A DNA stretch of 64,000 nt from Octopus vulgaris (taxonomy: Eukaryota), in NCBI GenBank assembly GCA_951406725.2, contig OX597836.1, positions 11,904,001 through 11,968,000 on the forward strand, written 5' to 3'. Position 1 is the first letter of the stretch; every line of letters starts with the position of its first letter. The notes beneath the pieces are model-generated. The model worked only from the letters and a program-made list of their open reading frames with translations, did no database searches and was not told where the DNA came from. A program made the translations under genes and the position numbers. Shown piece by piece: positions 43,865-58,087 of the stretch.

Positions 43865-43915
<51 letters not shown>

Positions 43916-44123
43916 ATCTCGCTCTCTCTCTCTCTCTCATTAGCCATGTGTCTACCAATCTGTCTATCCGTCTATCTATCCATCTATCTGTTTACCTATC
44001 TGTCTATCATATCTATCCATCCATCTATCTATCTATCTATCCATCTATCTATCTATCTATCTCTCTCTCTCTCTCTCTATCTATCTTCTATCTATCTATC
44101 TATCTATCCATCTATCTGTCTAC

Positions 44124-44160
<37 letters not shown>

Positions 44161-44161
44161 G

Positions 44162-44220
<59 letters not shown>

Positions 44221-44714
44221 CATCTATCCGTCTATCTGTCTATCTTTCTCTCTTTGCTTCTCTCTCTCTCTCTCTTTGCTTCTCTCTCTTTCTCTATCTT
44301 TCTCTCTTTCTTTCTCTCTCTCTCTCTCTCTCTCTCTCACTTTCTGAGAGTGTGAAAGAGATATATAAAGAGAAGTAGAGAGATAGACAGACAGAGACTG
44401 TGAGAAAGACAAAGAGAAACAGAGAAAGTGTGTGTGTGATTGTGTGTGTTTGTATGTATGCGCATGAGTGAGTGAGTGAGTGAATGAAATGAATGAATGA
44501 ATGAAAGAGAGAGAGAGAGAGAGAGAAGAAAGACGCCACCCACAAATGAGACCATATATCAATCATGTCCCTAAATTCAAACCTTGTCTCAGCCATCGAC
44601 TTCAGTCTTGGAGAAACACGGCTTTAGAAAATCGCTGACACAAGTGAAACAACCAATAAAATATTAACAGAGTAACAAACAATATCAAACAATGTGACAA
44701 AGGATGACACAGAC

Positions 44715-44779
<65 letters not shown>

Positions 44780-44880
44780 GAGACAGAGAGAGACAGAGAG
44801 AGAGAGAGAGAGGCATATATATTGTATGTTCAATAAATAATAAGTAATGCAATATGCTTGCATCATCATCTTTATCTATA

Positions 44881-45039
44881 GGCGCAGGAGTGGCTGCGTG
44901 GTAAGTAGGCGCAGGAGTACCAGTTACGCACTGAGATCGATATCATCGACTTAATCCGTTTGTCTGTCCTGGTTTGTCCCTTCTGTGTTTAGCCCCTTGT
45001 GGGCAGTAAAGAAATAGGAAACTGAAGAAGCCCGTCGTA

Positions 45040-45105
<66 letters not shown>

Positions 45106-45618
45106 TATATAAATATGTATATACGTATGTGTGTATATATGTTTGTGTGTCTGTGTTTGTCCCCCCAAAATCACTTGACAACCGATGGTGGTGTGTTTAC
45201 GTCCCCGTAACTTAGCGGTTCGGCAAAAGAGACCGATAGAATAAGAAGGCGAAGGAGTAGCTGTGTGGTAAGTAGCTTGCTTACCAGCCACATGGTTCCG
45301 GGTTCATTCCCACTGCCTGGCAAGTGTCTTCTGCTATAGCCTCGGGCCGACCAAAGCCTTGTGAGTGGATTTGGTAGAGGGAAACTGAAAGGCGGCGAGT
45401 TGGCAGAAACGTTAGCACGCCGGGCGAAATGCTTTGCGGTATTTCGTCTGCCGCTACGTTCTGAGTTCAAATTCCGCCCAGGGCGACTTTGCCCTTCATC
45501 CTTTCGGGGTCGATTGAATAAGTACCAGTTAATCCGTGCGTCTGTCCTTGTTTGTCCCCTCTGTGTGTAGCCCCTTGTGGGCAGTAAAGAAATAGGAAAC
45601 TGGAAGAAGCCCGTCGTA

Positions 45619-45671
<53 letters not shown>

Positions 45672-45915
45672 ATATATATATATATACGTATGTGTGTATA
45701 TATATGTTTGTGTGTCTGTGTTTGTCTCCCCAAAATCACTTTACAACCGATGCTGGTGTGTTTACGTCCCCCGTAACTTAGCGGTTCGGCAAAACAGACC
45801 GATAGAGTAAGTACTAAGCTTCCAGAGAATAAGTCCTGGGGTCGATTTCTTCGACTAAAGGCGGTGCTCCAGCATGGCCGCAGTCAAATGACTGAAACAA
45901 GTAAAAGAGAAAGAG
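44881..45915 (+). mobile_element. Two tandem SINE A copies, each carrying SINE C sequence at the same site
   Basis: C tail joined to GGAAACTG at ~45017 and 45595; TSD GGAAACTG at 45380 and 45595. Confidence 0.85.
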
Positions 45916-45996
45916 AAAGAGTGATACATATATGTGTTCGATGGGCGTACGTGTGTGTGTGTGTATGTATATGTGTATATATATATGTATATATAT

Positions 45997-46032
<36 letters not shown>

Positions 46033-46036
<4 letters not shown>

Positions 46037-46235
46037 AGAGTTTACGAAAAAAAACAGAAGACGAAGACGGGTGGTGTACAAAACAAACAGATGTATTAGT
46101 ATAACGCTCAGGAATAGAAAAAGTCTCTTACGTTTCGAGCCTACGCTCTTCTACAGAAAGGGACACAGAAAAAAAAACAAGGAGAGAAACAAGGAGAGAA
46201 AAAAATGTGTGTTGTGGCTAACGATCTATCGTGGC
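46033..46235 (-). mobile_element. Short hammerhead-bearing element ending in (TA)n
   Basis: Minus strand CTTT-CTGTAGA-A-GAGC-gtag-GCTC-GAAA-CG-TA-AGAG (46160-46125). Confidence 0.65.
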
Positions 46236-46236
46236 G

Positions 46237-46843
46237 ATTTCGTACAGGACATCACCAACGAGTGAAAAATACGTAAACACGCGAGTGAAAAGTACAGGAT
46301 AGAAATTTCTCCCAGGCGTTACTCATTTCAATTCGTCTTAGCCTAACGGCCCTTAATGTTTGTCTTCATTTACTCTGTACGCCCACTCTGTTGTTGTTTG
46401 TCGTATTCGAAGCTCTAACTCTCCATGACTTTTATATTTAAAAAATTTCTGGATGCTGCTATCTTATGAAGTTTACCCATGTTTTTGTTTCTTTACTACC
46501 CACAAGGGGCTAAACACAGAGGGGACAAACAAGGGCAGACAAACGGATTAAGTCGATTACATCGACCCCAGTGCGTAACTGGTACTTAATTTATCGACCC
46601 CGAAAGGATGAAAGGCAAAGTCGACCTCGGCGGAATTTGAACTCAGAACGTAACGGCAGACGAAATACAGCTACGCATTTCACCCAGCGTGCTAACGATA
46701 CTGCCAGCTCGCCGAAGCACGAAGCAGGAGTAATAAACAGTCCGGCAACTGATGTGGATTTATCTTCTTTTGGTATTTTGTCCTGTAATTATCTCTCGAG
46801 TATTTACGTATTTTTCACTCGCTGATGATGTTTTGTACAAAAT
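46237..46843. mobile_element. MITE-like element with ~68-bp imperfect TIRs
   Basis: 46237-46305 is the reverse complement of ~46774-46843; SINE C nested inside. Confidence 0.7.
46488..46714 (-). mobile_element. SINE family C monomer
   Basis: Matches 17137-17369. Confidence 0.9.
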
Positions 46844-46920
46844 GTGTATTTTAAAACTTTTATTTATAATCGAACGCCACGCAACCTTGACCTCAGTAAG
46901 TTCTTACATCTATACTCATT

Positions 46921-47148
46921 ACTCTTTACTCTTTTACTTGTTTCAGTCATTTGACTGCGGCCATGCTGAAGGACCGCCTTTAGTCGAGCAACTCGACCCA
47001 GGGACTTTTTCTTTTGTAAGCCCAGTACTTATTCTATCGGTCTCTTTTGCCGAACCGCTAAGTTACGGGGACGTAAACACACCAGCATCGGTTGTCAAGC
47101 AATGCTAGGGGGACAAACACAGACACACAAACATATACACACACATAC

Positions 47149-47213
<65 letters not shown>

Positions 47214-47378
47214 TACGACAGGCTTCTTTCAGTTTCCGTCTACCAAATCCACTCACAAGGCATTGGTCGGTCCGGGGCTATAGCAGAAGACACTTGCCCA
47301 AGCTACCACGCAGTGAGACTGAACCCGGAACCATGTGGTCGGGAAGCAAGCTACTTACCACACAGCCACTCCTGCGCC
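46921..47378 (-). mobile_element. SINE family A, full length
   Basis: Matches 2893-3299. Confidence 0.93.
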
Positions 47379-47394
47379 TATATATAATTTTTTT

Positions 47395-47655
47395 GACTGA
47401 GACCCCCTTCGGTAACGGCTGACCAGGGGATTGCACCTAGAAAGTTACCCTACCAGGCACAAGTCCGGGCAAGGTTGTTTATGGAAGACCAGCAGTCGCC
47501 CATGCATACCGGCTTCCCCTCTGCACGCCACCGATGTTATCCAAGGAAAAGGCAAAGGGGCCGATACAGCTTGGTGCCTGTGACGTCGCAACTCAATTCT
47601 ACAGCTGAGTGAACTGGAGCAACGTGAAATAAAGTGTCTTGCTCAAGAACACAAC
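47395..47655 (-). mobile_element. SINE 3' part: body shared with 17530-17852, different (RTE-like) tail
   Basis: CAGCTGAGTG.ACTGGAGCAACGTGAAATAAAGTGTCTTGCTCAAG also at 17725-17769. Confidence 0.72.
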
Positions 47656-47951
47656 ATCGACCCCAAGCGAGACGGAAGTAACAGTTTGTAGCATTCATCC
47701 CTTTCCGAAAGATATTAATAGGAGCTGCGAAGTGAAATGTCTCCTACCGAAAATCGAAGCCACATCTTGAACATGACAAAAAGTTACCCCAAGCTGTGCC
47801 GCACTCAAGTCGAACGCTTTCTATAAACATTGTAACATGAGATATATATCAACTTATGCCGGCAGAACAACGAATTTTCTCTTCTCTAAGTGGGACGGAG
47901 GTTAAACGGGGGTGAATTCGTGGGTGTCTCTACGTATATATTAATAAAGAG

Positions 47952-48000
<49 letters not shown>

Positions 48001-48106
48001 AATGAATGCACATACACATACACACACACATGTGTGTGTAGGTTTATGTGTGTGTATATATATGTGTGTGTGTGTCTGTGTGTATGTGTGTAAGTGTGTT
48101 TATATG

Positions 48107-48164
<58 letters not shown>

Positions 48165-48260
48165 TATACATATACATATACATATATATGTGTGTGTGTG
48201 TGTATGCATATATATGTATAAAGTCATGTGTAAATACATGTATATATAAGTACATGGGTA

Positions 48261-48301
<41 letters not shown>

Positions 48302-48386
48302 ATACATATATATGCATATGTATATATATATATGCATATGTATGCATATATATATGTATGTATGTTTGTATGTATACATACATACA

Positions 48387-48437
<51 letters not shown>

Positions 48438-48486
48438 CTATAGATAGATAATACACACACACACACATATACTTATACATATACAC

Positions 48487-48528
<42 letters not shown>

Positions 48529-49185
48529 CGGAGGTGGGAGAGAGGGTTTTTTTGAAACCTTGTACGCCTGTATACTAAAATATATGCCGCCCAGTATTAT
48601 AGAAATGCTTACGAATTCAGAACACCGCAGTCAGACGAGTGAAAAGCCGAGTAAAATAAATATTAGATTTACTGAATATGAATTTCGGTTTGTATCATTA
48701 AGCTGTCTGATTTATGATAAGGAAATAGTTATGAATAAAAGATTGAAAAATGGATCACTAGTTCGTCCCGTCAACGTCTCCGCGCCTCCTTTTATATGTT
48801 ACTTCCTTTCTTTCTCTCTGTATAAACCGTACGTCATTTTCCCCAGGTCTGGGTTCTCCCTCTAGTTTTTATAATATATCTATAGCAAAAAAAAAATTCA
48901 GTACTACCACATACAAAGGAAAGAATAATGATATTATTATTATTATTATTATCATTATTTATAACAATAATGATAAATCAACGCGAAATGAAAGAAAAAG
49001 AGAAAGATGATAAATTTCAAACGAAACGAAAAAATTTTAGGAAAGAAACAATATGGAGTCCGAATGAAAGAGAAGTCAAATTATGAAAAAAAATGAACAA
49101 TCTCTTGTCATAATTTGTGAGTGAGACTTCCCAGGGCTGTATATATAAATGGGGAATATAAATTTATAGACATAAAAGATATGCA

Positions 49186-49224
49186 GTAATAATAATGATG
49201 ACGATGATGATGATGATGATGATG

Positions 49225-49279
<55 letters not shown>

Positions 49280-49326
49280 TGATGATGATGATGATGATGA
49301 TAATAATAATAATGATAATGATAATA

Positions 49327-49363
<37 letters not shown>

Positions 49364-49387
49364 TAATAATAATTAATAATAATAATG

Positions 49388-49433
<46 letters not shown>

Positions 49434-49450
49434 TAATAATGATAATAATG

Positions 49451-49481
<31 letters not shown>

Positions 49482-49588
49482 TAATAATAATAATAATAAA
49501 AATAATAATAATGATAATGATAATAATAATGATAATAATGATAATAATAATAATAATAATAATAATGATAATAATAATAAAAATAATA

Positions 49589-49653
<65 letters not shown>

Positions 49654-49720
49654 AATGTTAATGATAATAATAATAATAATGATAATGATGATAATGATAA
49701 TAATAATAATAATGTTAATG

Positions 49721-49758
<38 letters not shown>

Positions 49759-49801
49759 GATAATGATAATGATAATAATGATGATAATAATAATAATAAT
49801 A

Positions 49802-49855
<54 letters not shown>

Positions 49856-49882
49856 GTAATAATTAATAATAATAATAATAAT
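49186..49882. repeat. (AAT/GAT)n microsatellite
   Basis: Direct reading. Confidence 0.97.
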
Positions 49883-50270
49883 TTTTTCATTCTTTTATTG
49901 GCCACAAGGGCTGACAAAAATCAATTATCACATAAAGGGACAAAACAGGACGAAAGGTTACAAAGGGTTTTGTCCGTTTGTGAAAAATCCGAGTAAAAAA
50001 GCAGTTTAACAACGAAAGATTATAACAATGAAAATCTCCCAATAGGGGGGAGGCGTTACGAAAGGTTCCTGGTGGAAAAAACCCATAAAAGCCAACGGGA
50101 GCCTGGTCGCGTATAGGACTGATCCGGCTATCAGCTGAATCCATAGTGAAGATTGCTGCGCCGACCTCCTTTAACCGGCAGTTTTCCTTTGCCTTGTGGC
50201 TGTAGCGAAAGTGGTGGTCTGGTGGACCCGTTTGAAAGGGCTAAGGTCAGGCACTTTCCTCTTTGGCTCA
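49883..50270 (-). mobile_element. Probable LINE 3' UTR sharing its terminus with SINE C
   Basis: Minus-strand end GTCCTGTTTTGTCCCTTTATGTG...AGCCCTTGTGGCCAATAAAAGAA. Confidence 0.55.
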
Positions 50271-50361
50271 GCAACAACAACAACAACAACAATAATAATA
50301 ATAACAACAACATCGAAAAATACCTTGGAAATGAGAACTCAGGTTTGAAATTTCCCCCAAG

Positions 50362-50405
50362 ACACCTGAAGAAGGCTGGAGGCTATATCAGCCGAAACGT
50401 TGTGT
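50362..50405 (+). ncRNA. Minimal type I hammerhead-like motif within a short repeat (~50310-50483)
   Basis: ACAC-CTGAAGA-A-GGCTG-gaggctatat-CAGCC-GAAA-CG-TT-GTGT. Confidence 0.72.
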
Positions 50406-51360
50406 GAACAACAAACAAGATGAGGAGAAATATCCGTCGAATGTAAATAATGTACATAATTCCTCATCTCTTAAATATAGAACTGGATTAATAACATAAA
50501 ATTTGATAACATTAATACAATATCTCTAAGATGAATGAGTGGGATTTCAAGCAACCGTCTTAAAAGTCCCCCAGCACAGGATAGCGGCAGAAAAACCTCC
50601 CATATTTTATACAGCTATAGGTGTGGCGCTAGTGATGTTAAACAAGCAAACTTTATACTGCCATGTAGCTGATGTTTCACTGTTTTTTAATAGTTAGCAT
50701 TTTGACTTGTATTCATGCAAATTCGACATTTGTTTTCGAAATAATTATCAAAGATACCGCAAATGAGAGGATGGTTTTGTCGCACCTGTGTATTGGATCA
50801 CAGTCCGAATTTAGAACGATAAGATTCAAGGATGAAGGGAATGAAGGCTTGTTTTATTTAAGTGGCTGACCTTTCATTTAAAGGAAAAACAAGAAAGATT
50901 TTTTTCTTTTTAAACTCTTCCCTTTCAGTATTTTAATCAGTCAGTCATATTAATTTGTTTCTCTGACGAAATGTCACGGAGAAGCATCGCTTTTAAATTA
51001 ACTTTAGCAAACAAAAGATTCTACAAGCAGGAATGAAAACTACTTTAACGTAGTTAATGTCGAACCGGCGATGGAGCACCACCATGGGGTTGCTTGATAT
51101 GCTAGTAATAACAGCGACATCTCTCTCTGTTGCGAGTGAAAGAACCTGTTTAAACGAGAATATAAAAAAAGGAGAAAGCAAAGTCTTCAGTGTGAGTATG
51201 GGGTTTGTGGGGTCGACCGCGTCCTCCGCTTCATTTTTTGTTAATCACTCATTCTCATTTAATTGTATATATTTTGTTTGTTTCTTCATGCGTTTCGTCT
51301 CATTCCATACCCTGACCCCAAATGCTTGTCTTGTCTGTCCTCGTATCGTCCCCTCTTTTT

Positions 51361-51399
51361 CTCAACGTTTCGGCTGATATACCCTCCAGCCTTCATCTG
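51361..51399 (-). ncRNA. Partial hammerhead-like motif with the same helix II as 50362-50405
   Basis: CAGATGA-A-GGCTG-gagggtatat-CAGCC-GAAA-CG-TT; helix I unpaired. Confidence 0.5.
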
Positions 51400-51828
51400 T
51401 CTGACTGGCAGGATGAAGCGGCTGACCTCCCCTGTTCGAAGGTTTATAATGGACGCAGTTTGTGTGTCAAATAGCTAGCTTGAGGCGGTGGCCTCATGGA
51501 GCTAATCAGCGACAGCTTTAGTCTTATATTTATAAGACTGCCATATTAGTATGGCGATACGAGTAACTATTAATTTCCAGTAACGCTGTCGTAATCTCCT
51601 TTAGAGAGACTTAGTAATTTTAATATTTAAAACAAGGATAATATCGATATTCAAATATCGATATTATCAAGTGGCCAGCATGGGAAAAATACCATACAAA
51701 GGTAATACTTTTTTACAACTAAAAATAAGGGTGTCTGAGAAACACCACCATGCCGAAATAGCAGTCAAATTCCTGACTCTAAAAACCACGTTAAATGTTC
51801 ATATCGATATGAACATTTAACGTGGTTT

Positions 51829-51985
51829 TGGTGCAGGCATGGCTGTGCGGTTTAAGCAGGCTCGCTTCGAAAACCACGGGGGGTCTTTGAGGCATACCTT
51901 GGGCAAGTAACTTCTCCTCTGGTCCCGAGTCGACTTATGCCTTGTTAAGGGGAATTTGATAAACGGAAACTGTGTAGAAGCCCGT
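51829..51985 (+). mobile_element. Diverged SINE family A 5' half
   Basis: GGTGCAGGCATGGCTGTG..CCTTGGGCAAGT..CGGAAACTG. Confidence 0.7.
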
Positions 51986-52058
51986 CTGGCACACGCAAAC
52001 ACATTAATATCAAAGACCACGACCATGGTATACATTCGACGCTGTCATCACCTAACAC

Positions 52059-52424
52059 TGTGGTAGTGGCAGTGGAGGTAGTAGTGGTAGTAGTGGCGGT
52101 GGTAGTGGCGGTGGTAGTGGCGGTGGATGTGATGGTGGTAGAGGTAGTAGTAGTAGTGGTGGTGGTGGTGGTGGTGGTGGTGGTGTTGGTGGTGGTGGTG
52201 GTGGCGGTGGTGTTGGTAGTAGTGGCGGTGGTATTGGTGGTGGTGTTGGTGGTGGTGTTGGTGGCGGTGATGGTGGTAGAGATAGTAGTAGTGGTGTTGG
52301 TGGTAGTAGTGGCGGTGGTGTTGGTGGTGGTGCTGATGGTGGTGTTGGTGGTGGTGTTGGTAGTGATAGTAGTAGTGGTGGTGTTGGTGGTGGTGGTGAT
52401 GCTGCTGCTGCTGCTGCTGCTGCC
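52059..52424. repeat. Degenerate (GTG/GTA)n + (GCT)n
   Basis: Direct reading. Confidence 0.92.
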
Positions 52425-52580
52425 GCTTCTCTTGTTCCCTGCTATTCTTAAACACTCTATTCCTTTATTCCTTTATTCCTTTATTCCTTTATTCTCCGCA
52501 AACATTTCCGAGCTGAAAGTCACCTCTGTGAAACAAAGCAATAAAACCCTGTTCGCTTTTTTATTCCTTTGGGAATCTGC

Positions 52581-52660
<80 letters not shown>

Positions 52661-52839
52661 AAAAATTTTTTTTAAAGAAAATGGAACAAAAAGAAAACGA
52701 AACTAAAATTTCATTAAAAGTATCTCAAGAGAATTTTCGTGTTCAGCATTTATTAAAAACACTAAAAACCTTATAAAACAAACAAAAATAATAAGGGTTT
52801 CTAATTTTGGAAGAAAACCCGGAATTTTGAGGTAAGGGG

Positions 52840-53257
52840 GAAGTTGATAACATCGACCCCAGTCCTCAACTGGTACGTTAGTTTAACTACTTCGAAGGGA
52901 TGAAAGGCAAAGTCAACCCCAGAATAGTTTGAGGTCAGAAACTCCAAGCGTAAAGAGCTGAAAGAAATTCTTATTTCTTTATTGCCCACAAGGGGCTACA
53001 CACAGAGGGGACAAACAAGGACAGACAAACGGATTAAGCTGATTACATCGACCCCAGTGCGTAACTGGTACTTAATTTATCGACCCCGAAGGATGAAAGG
53101 CAAAGTCGACCTTAGTGGAATTTGAACTCAGAACGTAAAGACTGCCGAAATACCTATTTCTTTACTACCCACAAGGGTCTAAGCACAGAGGCGACAAACA
53201 AGAACAGACAAACAGATTAAGACGATTACGTCGATCCCAGTGCGTAACTGGTACTTA
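52840..53257 (-). mobile_element. Cluster of SINE C units, including a head-to-tail pair
   Basis: Units at ~52840-52940 (diverged), 52972-53155 and 53155-53257. Confidence 0.85.
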
Positions 53258-53495
53258 TACCAGCCAGCCGAAAAATTAAGACATTGCGCTTACCACTTTT
53301 ATAATTATCTAATATTACCTAATTAGCATATAATCAGAAGACTATGGTAAAGGCATATGCTAAGTTCAAACCAGACTAAACCATTATTATATATACCTGT
53401 GTATATATATATATATATATATACACAGGTATAAATAAAATAAATTGTTCCTATGTATGGCGAGTTTTGAATCACCCTGTATGTATGTATGTATG

Positions 53496-53553
<58 letters not shown>

Positions 53554-53555
53554 AA

Positions 53556-53786
53556 CAGGGTGGCCCAAAAGTAGGTTTACAGTAATTCAACTATTTTTTT
53601 CGCATTCATATATTGACAGCTTAGATCTTAATTATATATAAAAAATATGAAACCATTATTCTATGCTAATCTACTTCATTTTCTCAAGCTGCCTTTTCAG
53701 TTTATAAGATAGAAATTTCAATGTAATAAAATATTTTAAAAGAAATTTAAAGTACGTACGTAATAACCTACTTTTGGGCCACCCTG
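53556..53786. mobile_element. 231-bp Tc1/mariner-type MITE
   Basis: Perfect 22-bp TIR CAGGGTGGCCCAAAAGTAGGTT; TA on the right flank. Confidence 0.9.
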
Positions 53787-53792
53787 TATATA

Positions 53793-53855
<63 letters not shown>

Positions 53856-53930
53856 CTAGCAGCTAAACCCGTTTCACCCGGTCTGTTTGGATGATGTGGC
53901 TGTGATCATTTTCGGTTAAGCATAATCTAT
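53856..53930 (-). mobile_element. Helitron-like 3' end
   Basis: Minus strand CCGGGTGAAACGGG GC-rich subterminal motif, then CTAG|T. Confidence 0.55.
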
Positions 53931-54262
53931 AACAGTGTTTCTCAACCTTATCATTTTCGGGTCCCCTGTTTCGATTGGAGCCTCCAGCTCTATGAAAATT
54001 TCTTGACCTCCCCCCCACGTCAGAAAACAGCTTCTAAGCAACTGGTTGTTTTAGTGGCAGAAGAAAGAGGGAAATTCCATTAGAAGAGGTTTTAATCGAT
54101 TTTCTCGGTAAGTATGGGGGCTAGGAAAAAAATACAAACTGCATTCCAATCTGTGCACCTGTCCCCACATGTGTGCCATTTTTCACGCAAATCCACCCAG
54201 CCGTTTGGCTGTGAACCTCAAGACAAGGAAGAATACAACGATTGCCCATGTCCAATTTATAT

Positions 54263-54351
<89 letters not shown>

Positions 54352-54714
54352 AGTGTTTTGGAAATTCCTTGATACAGTTATAATATTTGGAGAGAAAATT
54401 TTTTTTCTCAAAGTGTTAAGATTGGAAAAAGAACCTTTTTAGAAAGTCGAAGGGCATTAACCTTTGGGGAGAGATTTCACAAAATGTGTGTGGCTTTTGC
54501 TTTTATAGAGGCGCAAGCGCTTTCAGTTCTTAACGTTTTCAAGCGCGCAAAACGCCAAGGGAATTTACTTTTCAAATGAGGTTGGGTTGAGAGTTGGGTC
54601 AGTAATAAGATACAGCGAAGTTGACTTGGTTTTTATTACAAAAAGAAAAAAATCAAGGAGGTTTGATTGCTATAAGCATCGCCGTCTATTGAAGAAGTAG
54701 TGTGTGTGTCAGTG

Positions 54715-54793
<79 letters not shown>

Positions 54794-54794
54794 C

Positions 54795-54893
54795 TGTCTG
54801 TCTGTCTATCCCCCACCACCGCATCACAACCGCTGTCCCTGTAAATTAACGGTTCGGCAAAATGGATCGATAGAGTAAGTACCAAGCTTTACA

Positions 54894-54944
<51 letters not shown>

Positions 54945-55405
54945 CACAGGAGTGGCTGTGCGATAAGTAGCTTGCTTCCCAGCTTGGTTCCGAGTTCATT
55001 CCCACTGCGTGGCACCTTGGGCAAGTGCTTTCTACTATAGCCTCAGGCCGACCAAAGCCTTGTGAGTGGATTTGGTAGACAGAAACTCAAAGAAGCCCAT
55101 CGTATATATGTATGTATATATATGTATGTGTGTCTGTGTTTACGTCCCCGTAACTTAGCGGTTAGGTAAAAGAGACCGATAGAATAAGTACTAGGCTTAC
55201 AAAGAATAAGTCCCGAGGTCGATTTGCTCGACCAAAGGCGGTGCTCCAGCATGGCCGCAGTCAAATGACTGAAAAAAGTAAAAGAGTAAAAGAGTAAATA
55301 GCAAATAGATAAATAAAAAATACTGGGGCCGATTCATTCGAGTAAAAATTATTCAAGACGATGCTCCAACATGGCCGCGATCTAACGACTGAAACGAATA
55401 AAAGA

Positions 55406-55410
<5 letters not shown>
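54795..55410 (+). mobile_element. SINE family A (54943-55297) with flanking tail fragments
   Basis: Head-to-tail match to other A copies. Confidence 0.88.
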
Positions 55411-55491
<81 letters not shown>

Positions 55492-55931
55492 GCACACACA
55501 AAGCGCACCCACACGCAATCATACCATCAAGCAGATTTATATACGCAGACAAGCACAGCAGGGGATACTCAGATTGCGCCACAATATGTAACTCGGAACG
55601 TTTAATATCTACATCATACGATACACAATATAAAACGGGGCATAAATACAGGATGCAGGCTGGGAATACTAAGCACAGAGTTCAGATTGTGGGAGTAACC
55701 GGATGTGAAGCATAAGGATGCTGAAGTACTCCTGTGTTAGAATGAGATTTGCGTAAAGTTGTCACCAATCGCCTGACGAAACGAAGCCCGTGGAAACTTG
55801 ATCCATGAGGGAGCGTCGCATTTTGATTCTGCTTTCGAAACTTACTTACTCACACCATGAAAACAAAGACATACGCACACACAAATACGAGTGTGTATGC
55901 GTATTTATGGAAAGAATGCATAAAGCTGGTC

Positions 55932-56275
55932 ATATACATACATACACATACATACATACATACATACATACATACATACATACATACATACATACATACA
56001 TACATACATACATACATACATACATACATACATACATACATAAATATATATATATATATATATATACATATATACATAATGCACATACATAGTACATACA
56101 TACATACATACATACACACACATACATACATACATATATACATACATATACACACACACATACACACATACATACATACACACATACATACATACATACA
56201 TACACACATACATACATACATACATACATACATACATACATACATACATACATACATACTTACATACTTACATAC
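55932..56275. repeat. (CATA)n tract
   Basis: Direct reading. Confidence 0.95.
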
Positions 56276-56647
56276 GTACGTACGTGTTACGTATATACAA
56301 AAATACCCTATTGAAGTTCTTGAAATTCCAATGACGGCCTAAGATCTAGGTTAGAAACCTCATTCAGGGATAGCAAAATCCTATGATAGTCCTGGTTAGT
56401 TACCTAATAACCTTAGGAATGAGAACCCATGCTCGAAATTTTCCCCAAGACACACACACACACACCAATACATATACACACATCCATCACACACACACAC
56501 ACACACGCACACACACATTCATACGTAAAGCTGATAAAACCCCGAATGAAAGCAAGGAATAGGAGAGGGTTTAATAAATTGATATGCAGTGGTAGGGGGA
56601 TGGTTAAGTTTACATAAGCTGTCGGTCAGATCGTCAACACACCACCA

Positions 56648-56694
<47 letters not shown>

Positions 56695-57375
56695 TCTCTG
56701 CCATGACCCGATGACCCGGAAGTTGTTACTCTTCCATTTCTTTCGCAAACAGCAGTAACTTTCATCAGCTGAATACACGTCATTGATTGGTTAAAATTAC
56801 CCAAATACGACAACTTTAACACGAAATAACTTCTAAAATACAAAATTTTGCCAAAAACGTTAAGAGTAAACCGTGTTCTACGTGACACATTAAACCAATA
56901 TCCGAAGTTTCAAACTGTTTAATTAAAAACAAAATTAATTTAAAAATCTGTAATTGAGATTGAACAGATCTTGATAATAAGGGCTTAAGCACGGGTCAAT
57001 TCAACAAGTTAGATTAAAATTTATTGATAAAAATATTTAAATAGTTAAATATAAAAACCCTCAAAACCGGAAGTAGGTATTCATGTAGCGGTGAATGGCT
57101 AAAGAAAATCTAGAAATAATCTAATTTAGGGACATACCAAAGCGAAAACAGATAGAACTAAATAAGTGTTGTTTACAGTGAGTTAGGAAATAGATACAGA
57201 TTTCGTTCATATAGTACAATTAATTTGATTTAGAGGAGAAGAGCTAACGAAACAATCTAAATTAGGGCCAAACACAAAATACGATCTGGCGAATGTAAAC
57301 ATTCAGGTAAGTAGACAAAAGAAGAACTTAAAATTATTATACACATGAGATAGCCATACGTTTAGAGAGAGAGAT

Positions 57376-57452
<77 letters not shown>

Positions 57453-57533
57453 AGGGACATAGGAGAATTACAAAAGGTGTTATTTTGCTTACTAGGAAAT
57501 AAGCAAACGTACACTGTAATTATATTATGTATG

Positions 57534-57615
<82 letters not shown>

Positions 57616-57638
57616 CATATATATATATATACATACAT

Positions 57639-57725
<87 letters not shown>

Positions 57726-57821
57726 CATATATATATATATATATATATACATACATATATATATAAATATATATATATATATACATATATATAGATACAT
57801 ATATATATACATATATACATA

Positions 57822-57984
<163 letters not shown>

Positions 57985-58087
57985 GGTGGAGAAAGAGCAA
58001 ATATGGAAGTCAATAGTAAACAGTCAAGAGGAGGTAATTTATATGTGTGTGTATGTCTGTGTGTGTGTGTACATGTATATGTATGCA

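Noticed and set aside
57234-57312. Possible plus-strand exon ending CAG|GTAAGT
   Set aside because: Weak acceptor, unrecognised peptide, no partner exon
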